Origin: an uncultured Poribacteria bacterium
Lineage (GTDB): Bacteria > Poribacteria > WGA-4E > PCPOR2b
NCBI GenBank assembly: GCA_958296125.1
Contig: OY282444.1
Span: forward strand, 1,543,940 to 1,607,939
Length of the DNA stretch: 64,000 nucleotides
Direction: 5' to 3'
Numbering within the stretch: the stretch's first letter is position 1; every line of letters starts with the position of its first letter. Shown here one piece after another: positions 36,197-47,887 of this stretch. A model generated the notes under the pieces. That model did no database searches. It was not told where the DNA came from and saw only the letters and a program-made list of their open reading frames with translations. The position numbers and the translations under genes are program-made.

Positions 36197-38674
36197 CTAT
36201 TCGCCCATTTGCTGACCGGTGGGTTTGTTGAGCCGATTCCCCTGAGCCTCATTCTGGATTTGTCGGGCAATAATTCTCACCGGCGTTGCTTTGGGCGGCA
36301 CAACATCCGTATTGACGCGGTAGGTTCGATCATCCTTGCCGCCGGGCAGCGGATGGTTGAAGATTGAATCTGGATCGCGATAAACAGCAATAATATTGTG
36401 AAACAGTTGGGCGGTAAACTGGTTACGGATAAAACGTCCGCCTGTGAACACCCAATGGGTTTGCTGCATCGGCTGCTTAGTCATCGTATTCCACACCAAT
36501 TCTTCGGCGCGATGCCGAATAATTTGCTCGCCACGTTGCCATTCAACCCATAGCTCGACCGGATCGCCTTCGGGGAGGTGGGGGTCACCTTCCACAGTAA
36601 GGTTCATGCCCGGATTCAGGTTCAAGCGGAGAAGCGCGAGTTGGATGTGCATCGGTTCTGCATCGAGCATGATGAGACTTTCATGTGTTTTGCCCAGTTT
36701 GCCGACCGCGAAAAATTCGAGGATGGTCTCTTGGCTGATAAGGTTGATTTCACCGTTCATTGTCACTTCATGTTTATTGGCATCAACAGTGACATCCCCA
36801 ATTTGAACGATGCCATCGCCGATTTCTTGGATAGGGGAGGTTGGGGCAATCGCAGCGGCGGATTCCGGGCGAATGGTTAATTGCTGCGATGTGGTATTGT
36901 TGCTGCGATCCAAATCTGCAACTGTTGCATTTGGGTCAACAAGTACATGGAGTGTATGCTCTCCATCCTCACTCGCGATCCAGTTAATCGCAGTGGTTGT
37001 TTCATCAAGATTCCTGTTAAAGAGCACCTCTTGAGAGTCGATCTTTTTTCCACCTTCCGCCGGATGCCCGTCGTAAAAATCCACAGGAACCGTTGCCTCA
37101 ATCGGTGCACCGGTATTTGTCAGTGTGACACTGATTCGCACAGGGTCCCCAACGCGCGGCGAAGGCGGAGAGTAGCGAAGGCTGCGGTTTACCGCCCCGA
37201 GGTCTGGCTGAGTCGGCTTCGGCAGAGCACGTGTCAGAAACATCAGGGCGAAGCAGGTTGTCGGGAAATAGTCCTCGTGATCGATCCAACGTCCATCGGG
37301 TTGCTGCTCGGCAACAAACATACTGGCTATGTCCTGATACCAATCATGTCCAACAAGTGTATCCTGTTTCGGGGGGATGTCACAGAAGCGTTGTAATGTC
37401 ACAAAATAGTAGTGATGCCAAGAATTGGCACCGGGATTTCGGGTGAGCGACCAGTATTTTTTGATCCACTCCAACCCTTTTTGCGTCTGTGCATCCTCAA
37501 CAGGAACGCCAAACGCGCGGAGCGTCCAAAGCCCCGTCGCTGTCATGCTACCGTAGACACCTTCCGCCCAAGGCGAGCCGTGCTCTACCCGATTATAGAG
37601 CCAGCCGCCGGTGTCCGTCTGATTGCTACGAATCCACTCCTCGGCGCGCTTCCATGTCTCTGACGGGATTTCGAGCCCCCACTGTTTCGCAGCGTAAAGG
37701 GCATAGACAACCCAGTTAAAGTGCGCCCCATCGGCTGTCGCACCGTAACCCCAACCGCCAAAATCTCTTGGATCTGAAAACTCCTCGCCGCCAAATGGCA
37801 ACTGGCTCTTAACGAGCTGATTCACCGAAAACTGGGCGCGTTTGCGGTATTCTGGCTGGTTGGTGGTAACGAGGGTTGGCAACATGATAGAGTGGACGTA
37901 GACATCGAAGTTATTCCAATCCTGCACCATGAGAAAATCCAGACCTTGTTGTACAGCAGGATCCGAGGCAGGCACCCCCGCCGACATTAAGGCGAGCAGT
38001 GCAAGCGCGGTTTCTTGCTTGCTATCTTCCCCCAGGTCCCATGCTGGACCGTGCAAAAGATCTTCGGGCAACCCTTTAAGGGTGGCACCGCAGATAACAC
38101 AGATTGAGATGAGTTGGTTTTCGGAAGCGCACTGTAAACAGGTGCGATTATGTTTTCCCTGTTGGGCTCTTATCCACGCCACCCCTCTTTGAATTGCGTT
38201 TTGGATCTGATCCGGGGTCGCCTTGGGAAATGTACGTTGCCTTGCGGTAATAGAAGTGTGAGCGATGTTATTGCTGCGATTGGCTTCTTGAATCTCTTTG
38301 TCATCTCCAGCCGGATTAACGACAGCATAGACTTCAGTTGTTCCGGGCGGCGGCCGCCATTGTGCCTTGACGCTGTTTGACGTTCCCACATCCAATCCCA
38401 AAATCACATCTCGACACATAATCTGCAGCGGGGTTGTCCCCGGATCCCCTTCGTACAGATTGACCACCAGATCTTCATTCATCGTCGGAGCAGCCTGCCC
38501 CACGTTTTTAACCGTGACGTAAATCGTGATCTCCTCCCCCTCAAGCGGAGAAGAATTGGAAAACACAAAACTTGTGCTGTCCACCTCAAAGTCCGGTAGC
38601 GGCATCTGTTGCGCTTGCGTCTGAAATGCGATGAGGAGCAGTATCAGGACGAAAAGGAAGCGAAATCTATACAT
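36197..38674 (-). CDS. Secreted multidomain protein: CARDB-like domains plus a prenyltransferase/squalene-cyclase-like alpha/alpha-toroid domain
   Basis: Signal peptide MYRFRFLFVLILLLIAFQTQAQQ. CARDB-like segments (EGEEITIYVTVKNVGQAAP; VGDPVRISVTLTNTGAPIEATVPV). Repeated aromatic/Gly motifs (GGWGYGATADGAHFNWVVYAL; QTDTGGWLYNRVEHG; QQPDGRWIDHEDYF) resemble QW/prenyltransferase repeats. Confidence 0.5.
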   Translation of the reverse strand: MYRFRFLFVLILLLIAFQTQAQQMPLPDFEVDSTSFVFSNSSPLEGEEITIYVTVKNVGQAAPTMNEDLVVNLYEGDPGTTPLQIMCRDVILGLDVGTSNSVKAQWRPPPGTTEVYAVVNPAGDDKEIQEANRSNNIAHTSITARQRTFPKATPDQIQNAIQRGVAWIRAQQGKHNRTCLQCASENQLISICVICGATLKGLPEDLLHGPAWDLGEDSKQETALALLALMSAGVPASDPAVQQGLDFLMVQDWNNFDVYVHSIMLPTLVTTNQPEYRKRAQFSVNQLVKSQLPFGGEEFSDPRDFGGWGYGATADGAHFNWVVYALYAAKQWGLEIPSETWKRAEEWIRSNQTDTGGWLYNRVEHGSPWAEGVYGSMTATGLWTLRAFGVPVEDAQTQKGLEWIKKYWSLTRNPGANSWHHYYFVTLQRFCDIPPKQDTLVGHDWYQDIASMFVAEQQPDGRWIDHEDYFPTTCFALMFLTRALPKPTQPDLGAVNRSLRYSPPSPRVGDPVRISVTLTNTGAPIEATVPVDFYDGHPAEGGKKIDSQEVLFNRNLDETTTAINWIASEDGEHTLHVLVDPNATVADLDRSNNTTSQQLTIRPESAAAIAPTSPIQEIGDGIVQIGDVTVDANKHEVTMNGEINLISQETILEFFAVGKLGKTHESLIMLDAEPMHIQLALLRLNLNPGMNLTVEGDPHLPEGDPVELWVEWQRGEQIIRHRAEELVWNTMTKQPMQQTHWVFTGGRFIRNQFTAQLFHNIIAVYRDPDSIFNHPLPGGKDDRTYRVNTDVVPPKATPVRIIARQIQNEAQGNRLNKPTGQQMGE

Positions 38675-38818
38675 ACGAACACCCCTTTTTTGTCTGTTGA
38701 GATCAGACCGGTTGAGAAGAAAAGTAAGAGCGAATCAACAATTTTGGATTAAACATGGGGCATCAAGCAAATGGGCAAATGCCGGATATGCCCATCTACC
38801 CCTATGGTTGTGTGAGTA

Positions 38819-39790
38819 CTACTGCCCCACCCAATTTCCAACAGAGACAAAAGAGGGCTGTGGAATTGGATTGCTAACCAATCCCTGCCCTGCTGCTGAA
38901 AATTTAGTGACTGATCCTTCCAAGGGGGGCATCCCAATCTGCTGATCGGCAACCCAAACACTTCCGTCCTGGGAATTTACACTAATTGAAAGGATTGCAA
39001 TCCCTGCCTCAGGAATTTCCATCAGCTTTTGGCCAGTCGTAGACAACTTGACGAGGGTATTGGAGCTGGCAACGACCCAAAGATTACCATTTTTCTGGTT
39101 GACACTTGGAGAACTTGGTAGCTTAATGTCGGTAATTCTGAGCACTTCCTGACCGCTTGGATTCAATTTTATAACAATGTTGGCGTGTGGGTCTGTCACC
39201 CACGCATTGCCAGATTGGGAATTGACAGCAACATACTTAGGCTCTCTCAGCTTTACCGGGGAGGTCGCAGCCACTGCGCCACCCGCACTATACCGAGCAA
39301 TCGTTCCGCGAGAATCTGTAATCCAGCAGCTGCCGTCGGTGGTATTGACCGCAACTTCGGGCTCGTGAACGTCAGCGACCGTCGCAAGCACCTGACTGCC
39401 ATCGGCTGAAAATTTCTGGACCGTATTAATTCCGCCAATCCAAACAGTTCCGTCGGTAGGGTTGACTGAGACAGAATGTGGACGCTCAATCGGCGGAAGT
39501 GTAATGAATGCTTGGGTTGGAGGGTCAAATCTGTAGACCGAATTCGCAGCGGAGACCGCGATCCAAACAACACCGCTTTCAGGATTGACCACGGCGGCTT
39601 GTGCCTGAGTGAGGCCGGGTATGATTGTTGGATCCGCTAGACCATCCGCGTTAAGTTTATAGACCGTATCCCCGCCGCTGACGACCCAGCATTCGCCGTT
39701 ATAACTCGCATGAAGCGGGTCAAGTGAAACCACGATGAGAACAAGTATCGCTGATAGCATCTGTAGTATACGAGAAACACACTTTTTCAT
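38819..39790 (-). CDS. Secreted beta-propeller repeat protein (NHL/YncE-like)
   Basis: Signal peptide, then 6-7 repeats of ~40 aa with P.SV.VN..dG.vWv.d (PHSVSVNPTDGTVWIGG; PKYVAVNSQSGNAWVTD; ILSISVNSQDGSVWVAD). Confidence 0.5.
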   Translation of the reverse strand: MKKCVSRILQMLSAILVLIVVSLDPLHASYNGECWVVSGGDTVYKLNADGLADPTIIPGLTQAQAAVVNPESGVVWIAVSAANSVYRFDPPTQAFITLPPIERPHSVSVNPTDGTVWIGGINTVQKFSADGSQVLATVADVHEPEVAVNTTDGSCWITDSRGTIARYSAGGAVAATSPVKLREPKYVAVNSQSGNAWVTDPHANIVIKLNPSGQEVLRITDIKLPSSPSVNQKNGNLWVVASSNTLVKLSTTGQKLMEIPEAGIAILSISVNSQDGSVWVADQQIGMPPLEGSVTKFSAAGQGLVSNPIPQPSFVSVGNWVGQ

Positions 39791-39841
39791 CTAACTTAAT
39801 CTCCCATAAAGTTTTAGGCGTAATCGTTGTGAGTACAAGTT

Positions 39842-40804
39842 GTGCCAAAGCAACAAGATGTCAATAGATTAACACATCTACTCGTAATGTTCAAGCATTT
39901 TTGGATGACTCGACAGCTTAGCCTTGATCATGGAATCCGAATCGGTTATAATTGTTATAGTCATCTAAACTGTGATGAGGATACAGCCCGATTGAGGCTC
40001 CGTAGACACTATAAAGATATGATTGCCCTAATCCTTAAAGAGCTGCGTTGTTACGCGCACCAATCAAAGTATCGCCGCACCCATCTTATCATTTTATGTA
40101 TTCTTGCTTTCGCCCTATTTGCCACAGCATTTGAGCAATTCGCGTTAAGCCGCGGGCGACCACAGATTCTCGTCGGCGAAAGCATCTATGCCCTCCTAAT
40201 CCCACTCTTTTTTTGCCTTTTAGTTGGCTTGGTCGTCCCCCTACAAGCCGTTGAATCATTCCAGATTGAACGACATGGGGCTAACTGGGATTTACTCAAT
40301 CTCACCCCCATCGGTCATCGAAAGTTTCTACTTGCCAAACTGATAGGGGCGGTTTTGTCAATATTGTGGTGTATTGGGTTGACGATTCCACTCTTTGGGG
40401 TATCGGTTTACACGGGTGGATTGGGGCTCCGTCAACTGCTTCAGTGCGGGTTAGTATCTATCGCCGGGTTTACCGCTTTTTTTTTCATCGGGACCTGTTT
40501 TACCCTGTTGGGGCAGCCGAGTCACGCAAGGGGGCGGAGTTACGCCGTTGTGCTGTTGCTAACTTTTGCTCCACTTATTACTCCTGCGTTGACACCATTG
40601 GTGAATTTCTCAACGATTTTACTAGAAATGCTGCGGGTGTTGAGTCCCTTGTGTGTGCTAGTCGCTATCGTAAAATCTGACACCCAGATTGCCCTAGGTA
40701 TTGCACCTGTTTGGATGTGGATGGTAATCTATCACACGATTCTATCTGCGACGCTTTTTGGGATTTTGAATTGGCAACTTGAAAAACGTGCTCGGTTATT
40801 ATAA
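39842..40804 (+). CDS. Polytopic membrane protein (ABC-2-type permease-like), function unknown
   Basis: Six or more hydrophobic helices after a ~70-aa polar N-terminus. The true start may be an internal Met. Confidence 0.35.
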   Translation: MPKQQDVNRLTHLLVMFKHFWMTRQLSLDHGIRIGYNCYSHLNCDEDTARLRLRRHYKDMIALILKELRCYAHQSKYRRTHLIILCILAFALFATAFEQFALSRGRPQILVGESIYALLIPLFFCLLVGLVVPLQAVESFQIERHGANWDLLNLTPIGHRKFLLAKLIGAVLSILWCIGLTIPLFGVSVYTGGLGLRQLLQCGLVSIAGFTAFFFIGTCFTLLGQPSHARGRSYAVVLLLTFAPLITPALTPLVNFSTILLEMLRVLSPLCVLVAIVKSDTQIALGIAPVWMWMVIYHTILSATLFGILNWQLEKRARLL

Positions 40805-40901
40805 AGTAATTTTATCTTAACATCCACTGTCGCCGTAACAAAAGTAAGTCTATTTTTCCAATCAAATGTGATGTCGCTTAATTTTTACGTCTCACGTATG
40901 A

Positions 40902-42167
<1,266 letters not shown>

Positions 42168-42425
42168 TGCGGGGACCCCCGGTAGGACTCCGGAGCTAAA
42201 AGGGTGTTGTCTTGGCATAGGAGAAGCGATTCGTGTGTCAATTTGGCATAGAAAGAATGAGCAAACTTTCATACTTTGTGGTCTTTATATCGCCCCGCGA
42301 TTTGCTTAAAGTTGCCTGGTGTGCATTTGCGGCTAAATCGGGTGCAAAGACAATTGCTTTGGCATGTCATTTGCTAATTTAACTACGATTTACATTTCAC
42401 GCAATACATATCAGGAGGAATAATT

Positions 42426-45038
42426 ATGCACATTGACAAATTTACACAAAAGGGTCAAGAAGCACTTATAGAAGCGCAGAATCTGGCACAGGAGTACAAT
42501 CACCCGGCAGTCAAACCGGAGCATCTGCTCAAAGTACTAGTTGAGCAAAAAGGGGGTGTCGTGCCATCTGTTCTCAAACGGATTGGCGTGGATACCGATA
42601 TGCTACAACAACGGATTGATGAGAGCCTAACTCGTATGCCACGCGCCACCGGTGCATCTGTCCAAGTTGGAATGGACCGGGACTTAGCTAGCGTTTTTGA
42701 TGAGGCAGAATCAATCGTCGATAGGATGAAGGACGACTATACGTCCACCGAGCATATTCTGCTGGCGATGGTGCAGGCGAAGGCGGCTACAGTCCGCGAA
42801 TTGCTAGCGTCCGTTGGCGTAAACGAAAAGAGCATCATGGGTGCCTTGATGGGCATTCGCGGCTCCCAACGGGTCAGCAGCCCGACACCCGAGGCCCAGT
42901 ACGAGGCATTGGTCAAGTACGGTCGTGACCTGACACAGGAAGCGCGTAAAGGGAAACTCGATCCGGTGATTGGTCGTGACGAAGAGATTCGACGCACGAT
43001 TCAGATTTTGAACCGACGCACGAAAAACAACCCGGTACTCATTGGCGAACCGGGTGTGGGTAAAACTGCTGTTGCTGAGGGACTCGCGCAACGAATCGTG
43101 TGGGGCGATGTACCGCTGGGTTTGAAGGAGAAAAAGCTCGTTGCACTTGACCTCGGCGCGTTGGTCGCTGGCGCAAAATATCGTGGTGAATTTGAGGAAC
43201 GCCTGAAGGCGGTACTACAAGAGATTCAGGATGCTGAAGGACAGATTCTCCTCTTTATCGACGAGATGCACACCCTCGTCGGCGCAGGGGCAGCCGAAGG
43301 TGCGATGGATGCGTCTAATATGCTCAAGCCGATGCTGGCGCGCGGTGAACTCCATGCTATCGGTGCAACCACGCTTGACGAATATCACAAGCATATCGAA
43401 AAAGATGCCGCGCTTGAACGTCGTTTCCAGCCGGTCTATGTCGATGAACCCTCCGTTGAGGACACTATCAGCATCTTGCGGGGTCTCAAAGAGCGATATG
43501 AAGTGCATCACGGTGTCCACATCACCGATAGCGCGGCAATCTCCGCTGCAACGCTAAGCCACCGCTACATCACCGATCGCTTCCTGCCGGACAAGGCGAT
43601 CGACCTTGTGGACGAGGCCGCAAGCCGCCTCCGCACCGAAATTGATAGCAAACCGGCGGAATTGGACACGGTTGACCGGGAGCTCATGCAGTTGCAGATC
43701 GAACGGGAAGCCTTGAGGAAGGAGAAGGACGCGGCAAGCAAGGAACGGTTGGAAAAAATTGAAGAACAACTCGCCAACCTTGAAGAGAAAAGCACACAGT
43801 TGTCCGTCCGCTGGCAAGCTGAGACGAGTGCGATCGAGAAAGTACGCGGCATCCGTGAGCAGATCGACCAAATCAACCAGCAAATTGAGGAAGCGGAACG
43901 TCAGACCGATTTACAGCGAGCCGCCGAACTCCGCTACGGTCATTTGCGTCAGTTAGAGAACGATCTTGCTGATGCCGAAGCGTCACTCGCTCAACTTCAG
44001 CGTGATGGCGCATTACTGAAGGAAGAAGTGGACTCTGAAGACATCGCCGCCATTATCAGTAAGTGGACGGGAATTCCGGCGAGCAAACTACTGGAAGGTG
44101 AAATTGAAAAACTGGTTCAGATGGAGAAACGGCTTCATAACCGAATCATTGGGCAGGACGGGCCCGTCGAAGCGGTAGCGCGGGCGGTCAGGCGAAGTCG
44201 TTCGGGCTTGCAAGACCCGAATCGCCCGATCGGTTCGTTCATCTTCTTGGGACCGACGGGCGTGGGGAAAACTGAACTCGCCCGTACGTTGGCGGAATTT
44301 CTATTCGATGACGAGCAGAACATGGTGCGGATTGACATGAGTGAGTATCAGGAACAACACACAGTAGCACGCTTAATCGGCGCACCGCCGGGCTATGTGG
44401 GATACGACGAAGGCGGTCAGTTGACCGAAGCCATCCGACATCGTCCCTATAGCGTTGTGCTGTTCGACGAAATCGAGAAGGCGCACCCGGAAGTGTTCAA
44501 CGTCTTTCTACAGGTACTCGATGACGGTCGGCTCACCGACGGTCAAGGGCGTACCGTTGATTTCCGCAATACGGTCATCATCATGACCAGCAACATCGGG
44601 AGCGACTCGATCCCGAATATCACGGATGACAAAGCGATGCGCGAGCGGGTGACCCTTGCACTGCGTGAGCACTTCCGGCCGGAGTTTCTGAACCGAATTG
44701 ACGAAATGGTATTTTTTCATCGTCTTGAAAGCGAACATATTCGTCACATTGCAGAGATTCAACTTCGCAATGTCCGTCAGTTGCTCGCCAAACGAAACAT
44801 CTCGATCGAAATAGCAGATGCGGCGGTGGATCTCCTCACCCGGGAAGGCTATGACCCCGCTTACGGTGCACGACCGCTCAAACGGGTGATTCAGCAGCGC
44901 ATCATCGACCCGCTAGCGTTACAAATTATCCAGAACGAGGTGCGTGACGGCGACCACCTGCTCGTCAATGCAAAGACTGATAAACTCGCTTTCACAGTGA
45001 CCGAACCGGCTGCGGAAGATAAACTCGCTGCGGATTGA
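42426..45038 (+). CDS. clpB: ATP-dependent chaperone ClpB
   Basis: Two AAA+ modules ([15 protein letters not shown]; [15 protein letters not shown]), a long middle coiled-coil, and 870 aa in total. Confidence 0.95.
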   Translation: MHIDKFTQKGQEALIEAQNLAQEYNHPAVKPEHLLKVLVEQKGGVVPSVLKRIGVDTDMLQQRIDESLTRMPRATGASVQVGMDRDLASVFDEAESIVDRMKDDYTSTEHILLAMVQAKAATVRELLASVGVNEKSIMGALMGIRGSQRVSSPTPEAQYEALVKYGRDLTQEARKGKLDPVIGRDEEIRRTIQILNRRTKNNPVLIGEPGVGKTAVAEGLAQRIVWGDVPLGLKEKKLVALDLGALVAGAKYRGEFEERLKAVLQEIQDAEGQILLFIDEMHTLVGAGAAEGAMDASNMLKPMLARGELHAIGATTLDEYHKHIEKDAALERRFQPVYVDEPSVEDTISILRGLKERYEVHHGVHITDSAAISAATLSHRYITDRFLPDKAIDLVDEAASRLRTEIDSKPAELDTVDRELMQLQIEREALRKEKDAASKERLEKIEEQLANLEEKSTQLSVRWQAETSAIEKVRGIREQIDQINQQIEEAERQTDLQRAAELRYGHLRQLENDLADAEASLAQLQRDGALLKEEVDSEDIAAIISKWTGIPASKLLEGEIEKLVQMEKRLHNRIIGQDGPVEAVARAVRRSRSGLQDPNRPIGSFIFLGPTGVGKTELARTLAEFLFDDEQNMVRIDMSEYQEQHTVARLIGAPPGYVGYDEGGQLTEAIRHRPYSVVLFDEIEKAHPEVFNVFLQVLDDGRLTDGQGRTVDFRNTVIIMTSNIGSDSIPNITDDKAMRERVTLALREHFRPEFLNRIDEMVFFHRLESEHIRHIAEIQLRNVRQLLAKRNISIEIADAAVDLLTREGYDPAYGARPLKRVIQQRIIDPLALQIIQNEVRDGDHLLVNAKTDKLAFTVTEPAAEDKLAAD

Positions 45039-45245
45039 AAATGAAATGGGCGAGTATAAGCAATAGACACGCACTCTACTATTTCACTTTTCTTAAAAAA
45101 ACTGCGAACTTAATCCAAACTCATCTGCCCAAAGGGGCAGAGACACAAATTCACAGCCGATACCCAAATATATTTATTATTGATACATCCGTGGTTCGGC
45201 ACTACTCCAACATTCATTTGATAAAAAAAGAAGGAGATTTTACCA

Positions 45246-45721
45246 TGAAACGCAGATGGTTCGTCCTAACTGCCATTCTCGCAATGGCAGCAATTACCGT
45301 TTTCCTTGCAAACCAAGTCACCCAAGCCCAACGTCCAGACCGCGGCGGGATGCGCGATAGAGCCGACGGGGAAAGGCGTGGTAGGGGTGGATTCAATCCC
45401 ACCTCAATTATTGACAACTCATGGACAGACCTCACATTTGCTGTCAAGGTCGATAATGACACACTCATCAAAGCCCGTCCAGTTTATCAGAAGCATCGTG
45501 ATAGTCTTGAGAAAGCTGTCAAAGAAGCCAGTAGCTCCGGGGATTTTGGAGGAGTCCGCGAAGCCATGGGGAAGATTCGTGATGGGTTCCAGACAGATTT
45601 GAAGTCGGTTTTAACCGAAGCGCAGATAGCCCAACTCGAAACACTCCAAGAGAAGCAGATGCAGCAGATGAGGCGGCGAGGTGGTGGCGGAAGAGGTGGC
45701 GGTGGAAACAAAGACCGCTAA
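45246..45721 (+). CDS. Small secreted Spy/CpxP-like (LTxxQ-motif) periplasmic protein with a C-terminal Arg-Gly-rich tail
   Basis: Signal peptide MKRRWFVLTAILAMAAITVFLA; helical body with LTEAQIAQLETLQEKQ; ends in RRRGGGGRGGGGNKDR. The ORF track begins at 45035, but the internal Met at 45246 is preceded by a GGAG. Confidence 0.4.
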
Positions 45722-45802
45722 GCCACAACATAGAAACAGGGGGAGAGATGGATTCGTCCATTCTCCCCTTGTCTCTGTCTCAGCAACGAAGGAGGATAAC
45801 CG

Positions 45803-47866
45803 ATGGAGAAAAAATGGATTATTGTCATAGTGATTGCTGTCGTGGTCCTCGTATCCGGTGGTTTGCTGCTGCGGGGGCAGCTCGCCAAGGCAACCAAGGA
45901 GGAAGCCAGCAGTATGCCCGACATCAAAGTTGCTACGGTTGATCGGGGCAATATTGAAGTAACCATTGATGCCACTGGGACCATTGAGCCGCTTAACATT
46001 GTCCAAGTGAGTTCCAAAGCCAGTGGTAAGATTTTGGAACTCACCGTTGAAGAAGGGGATTACGTCGAACAAGATGCCGTGATTGCGCGGATCGAAACCA
46101 CCTATGTTTCAGCGGATTTGGATCAGGCAAAAGCAGACCTTCGTGCCGCCCAAGCACGCCTTGACCAATCGCAGATTAATATCGAATTGCAAAAGGAACA
46201 AACTGAAATTCAGATTCAACAAGCGCGAGAAAAGCTAGCGGAGTCAAAGAAACAACTGGAACAACTCAGAGAACAGATACTGATAGAAAAAGTAACCAAT
46301 AAACGCCAGTTAGGCGACGCGAAAAATAGCCACGAGATGGCGAAGTTGCGATACGATCTCCTAACATCTGAGACCGTGCGGGAAGAGGACAAGAAGCGTG
46401 CAGAAGCGAGCGTGAGCCAAGCGAAAGCCAACTTTGAACTTGCCAAAAAGGAGTATGCTCGAAAACAGCAACTTTTCGCTAAGGAATACATCTCGAAATC
46501 GGATCTCGATGCCGCCTCAACGCAGCGCGACTCAGCGAAAGCGCAATACGACTCGGCTCAGGAGCAAGCCAAGCTGGTGGCACAACCGGCGAGCGAAGCG
46601 GAATTAAAACTCTCGAAGGCCGAGATTCAGAAAGCGGCGTTCGCCGTTGATGCGGCGAACGAGCAGATCGAGAAAGAGAAGTACCGCGACATGGAAATAG
46701 AGATTCAGCAGCATCGTGTCACACAAGCTGAGGAGACTTTGGATTTAGCGATTGCCAATAAAAAGCAGATTAACCTGAAGGAAAAAGAACTTGAAAGTTC
46801 CAACGCACAACGCATGCGTAGCGAGAGTGCCTTGCAACTTGCACAAGAAAGCTATGACGATACAGTTATTCGCGCTCCTATCTCCGGAACGATTCTCGAA
46901 AAAAAGGTGGAGGAAGGGCAAGTAATCGTCTCCAGCTTTGGAGGGGGTGGTAGGGGCGGCTCCGTTTCGTCCGAAGGCCAGGTGCTGGTAACGATGGCAG
47001 ATCTCGAAAAAGTGTATGTAGCAACGGAGGTCGACGAAACCGATATCGGTAAGGTAAAGGTCGGGCAATCGGTAACCATCACCGTTGAAGCTTACCCAGA
47101 TCAACCGCTGCAAGGGGAGGTACTTCGCATCGCGCCGCAAGGGCAAGTGGTCCAAAACGTAACGACATTCAAAGTCATCACTGAAATTATGAATACCCGT
47201 CCAAGGGGCCGGGGACGTTGGGGGAGAGGCGGTGGATTCCCGGGTCGCGGTGACGGCGGCGGTTTTCGTCAAGGTGAGGGCAGCGGCGAATTCACGCCGG
47301 AGCAGCGAGAACGCTTTCGACAGATGCGTCGGCAGCCACAGGAAGAAGCGACAACATCAGAGAACACCGAAACTTCCAACGAAAATTCAGCGAACACTGA
47401 GCCAATAGAGGCATCGGATCCGTGGATGGCGATGGCGGATAACTTCCTCGGCGGTCAAGGGGCGGGAGATTGGAATCGTGAGGAGAGCCCGTCTGAAGAT
47501 ACCGACACGCCGTTCTTGAAGCCGGGAATGAATGCGACCGTTGAGATTTCCGCCGCAAGTAAGCAGAATATATTGGTACTCCCGAATGAGGCAATTTTGT
47601 CTTTCGGGATCCGAAAAATGGTAAGTGTCGTCGGTGAAGATGGTCAGCCGGGGCGTCCACAGCCCATTGAGGCCGGCGTGAGTAGTTTCGACAGAACGGA
47701 AGTCATCTCTGGCTTAAACGAAGGACAGGTCGTCGTCCTCGGCGGTTTCCAGCGCAGAGGGGGCGGCGACATGGAACGATTTAGACGTATGATGGGAAAT
47801 CCGGCTTCGACAATGAGACGGATGCAGCGGAGCACCGGCGGTGGCGGAAGAGGGGGCCGCCGATAA
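45803..47866 (+). CDS. Efflux-pump periplasmic adaptor (HlyD/MacA-like membrane fusion protein) with an extended coiled-coil and Arg/Gly-rich insertions
   Basis: N-terminal TM anchor; biotinyl-lipoyl-like hairpin halves (VSSKASGKILELTVEEGDYVEQDAVIARIE ... VIRAPISGTILEKKVEEGQVI); a very long coiled-coil between them; a beta-barrel segment (KVYVATEVDETDIGKVKVGQSVTI). Low-complexity insertions: RPRGRGRWGRGGGFPGRGDGGGF and a C-terminal STGGGGRGGRR. Confidence 0.75.
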   Translation: MEKKWIIVIVIAVVVLVSGGLLLRGQLAKATKEEASSMPDIKVATVDRGNIEVTIDATGTIEPLNIVQVSSKASGKILELTVEEGDYVEQDAVIARIETTYVSADLDQAKADLRAAQARLDQSQINIELQKEQTEIQIQQAREKLAESKKQLEQLREQILIEKVTNKRQLGDAKNSHEMAKLRYDLLTSETVREEDKKRAEASVSQAKANFELAKKEYARKQQLFAKEYISKSDLDAASTQRDSAKAQYDSAQEQAKLVAQPASEAELKLSKAEIQKAAFAVDAANEQIEKEKYRDMEIEIQQHRVTQAEETLDLAIANKKQINLKEKELESSNAQRMRSESALQLAQESYDDTVIRAPISGTILEKKVEEGQVIVSSFGGGGRGGSVSSEGQVLVTMADLEKVYVATEVDETDIGKVKVGQSVTITVEAYPDQPLQGEVLRIAPQGQVVQNVTTFKVITEIMNTRPRGRGRWGRGGGFPGRGDGGGFRQGEGSGEFTPEQRERFRQMRRQPQEEATTSENTETSNENSANTEPIEASDPWMAMADNFLGGQGAGDWNREESPSEDTDTPFLKPGMNATVEISAASKQNILVLPNEAILSFGIRKMVSVVGEDGQPGRPQPIEAGVSSFDRTEVISGLNEGQVVVLGGFQRRGGGDMERFRRMMGNPASTMRRMQRSTGGGGRGGRR

Positions 47867-47887
47867 GCAAGGGAGAGAATTATATAA

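Noticed and set aside
36197-38674. Alpha2-macroglobulin-type thioester domain
   Set aside because: The alpha/alpha-toroid repeats are present, but no CxEQ thioester motif is. CLQCASENQ does not fit.
42181-42425. CIRCE/HAIR or sigma32 heat-shock promoter upstream of clpB
   Set aside because: No TTAGCACTC-N9-GAGTGCTAA and no CTTGAAA/CCCCAT pattern was found by eye. Only an AGGAGG ribosome-binding site is clear.
42737-44762. Minus-strand ORFs inside clpB
   Set aside because: They are antisense to a high-confidence, fully intact 870-aa ClpB reading frame.
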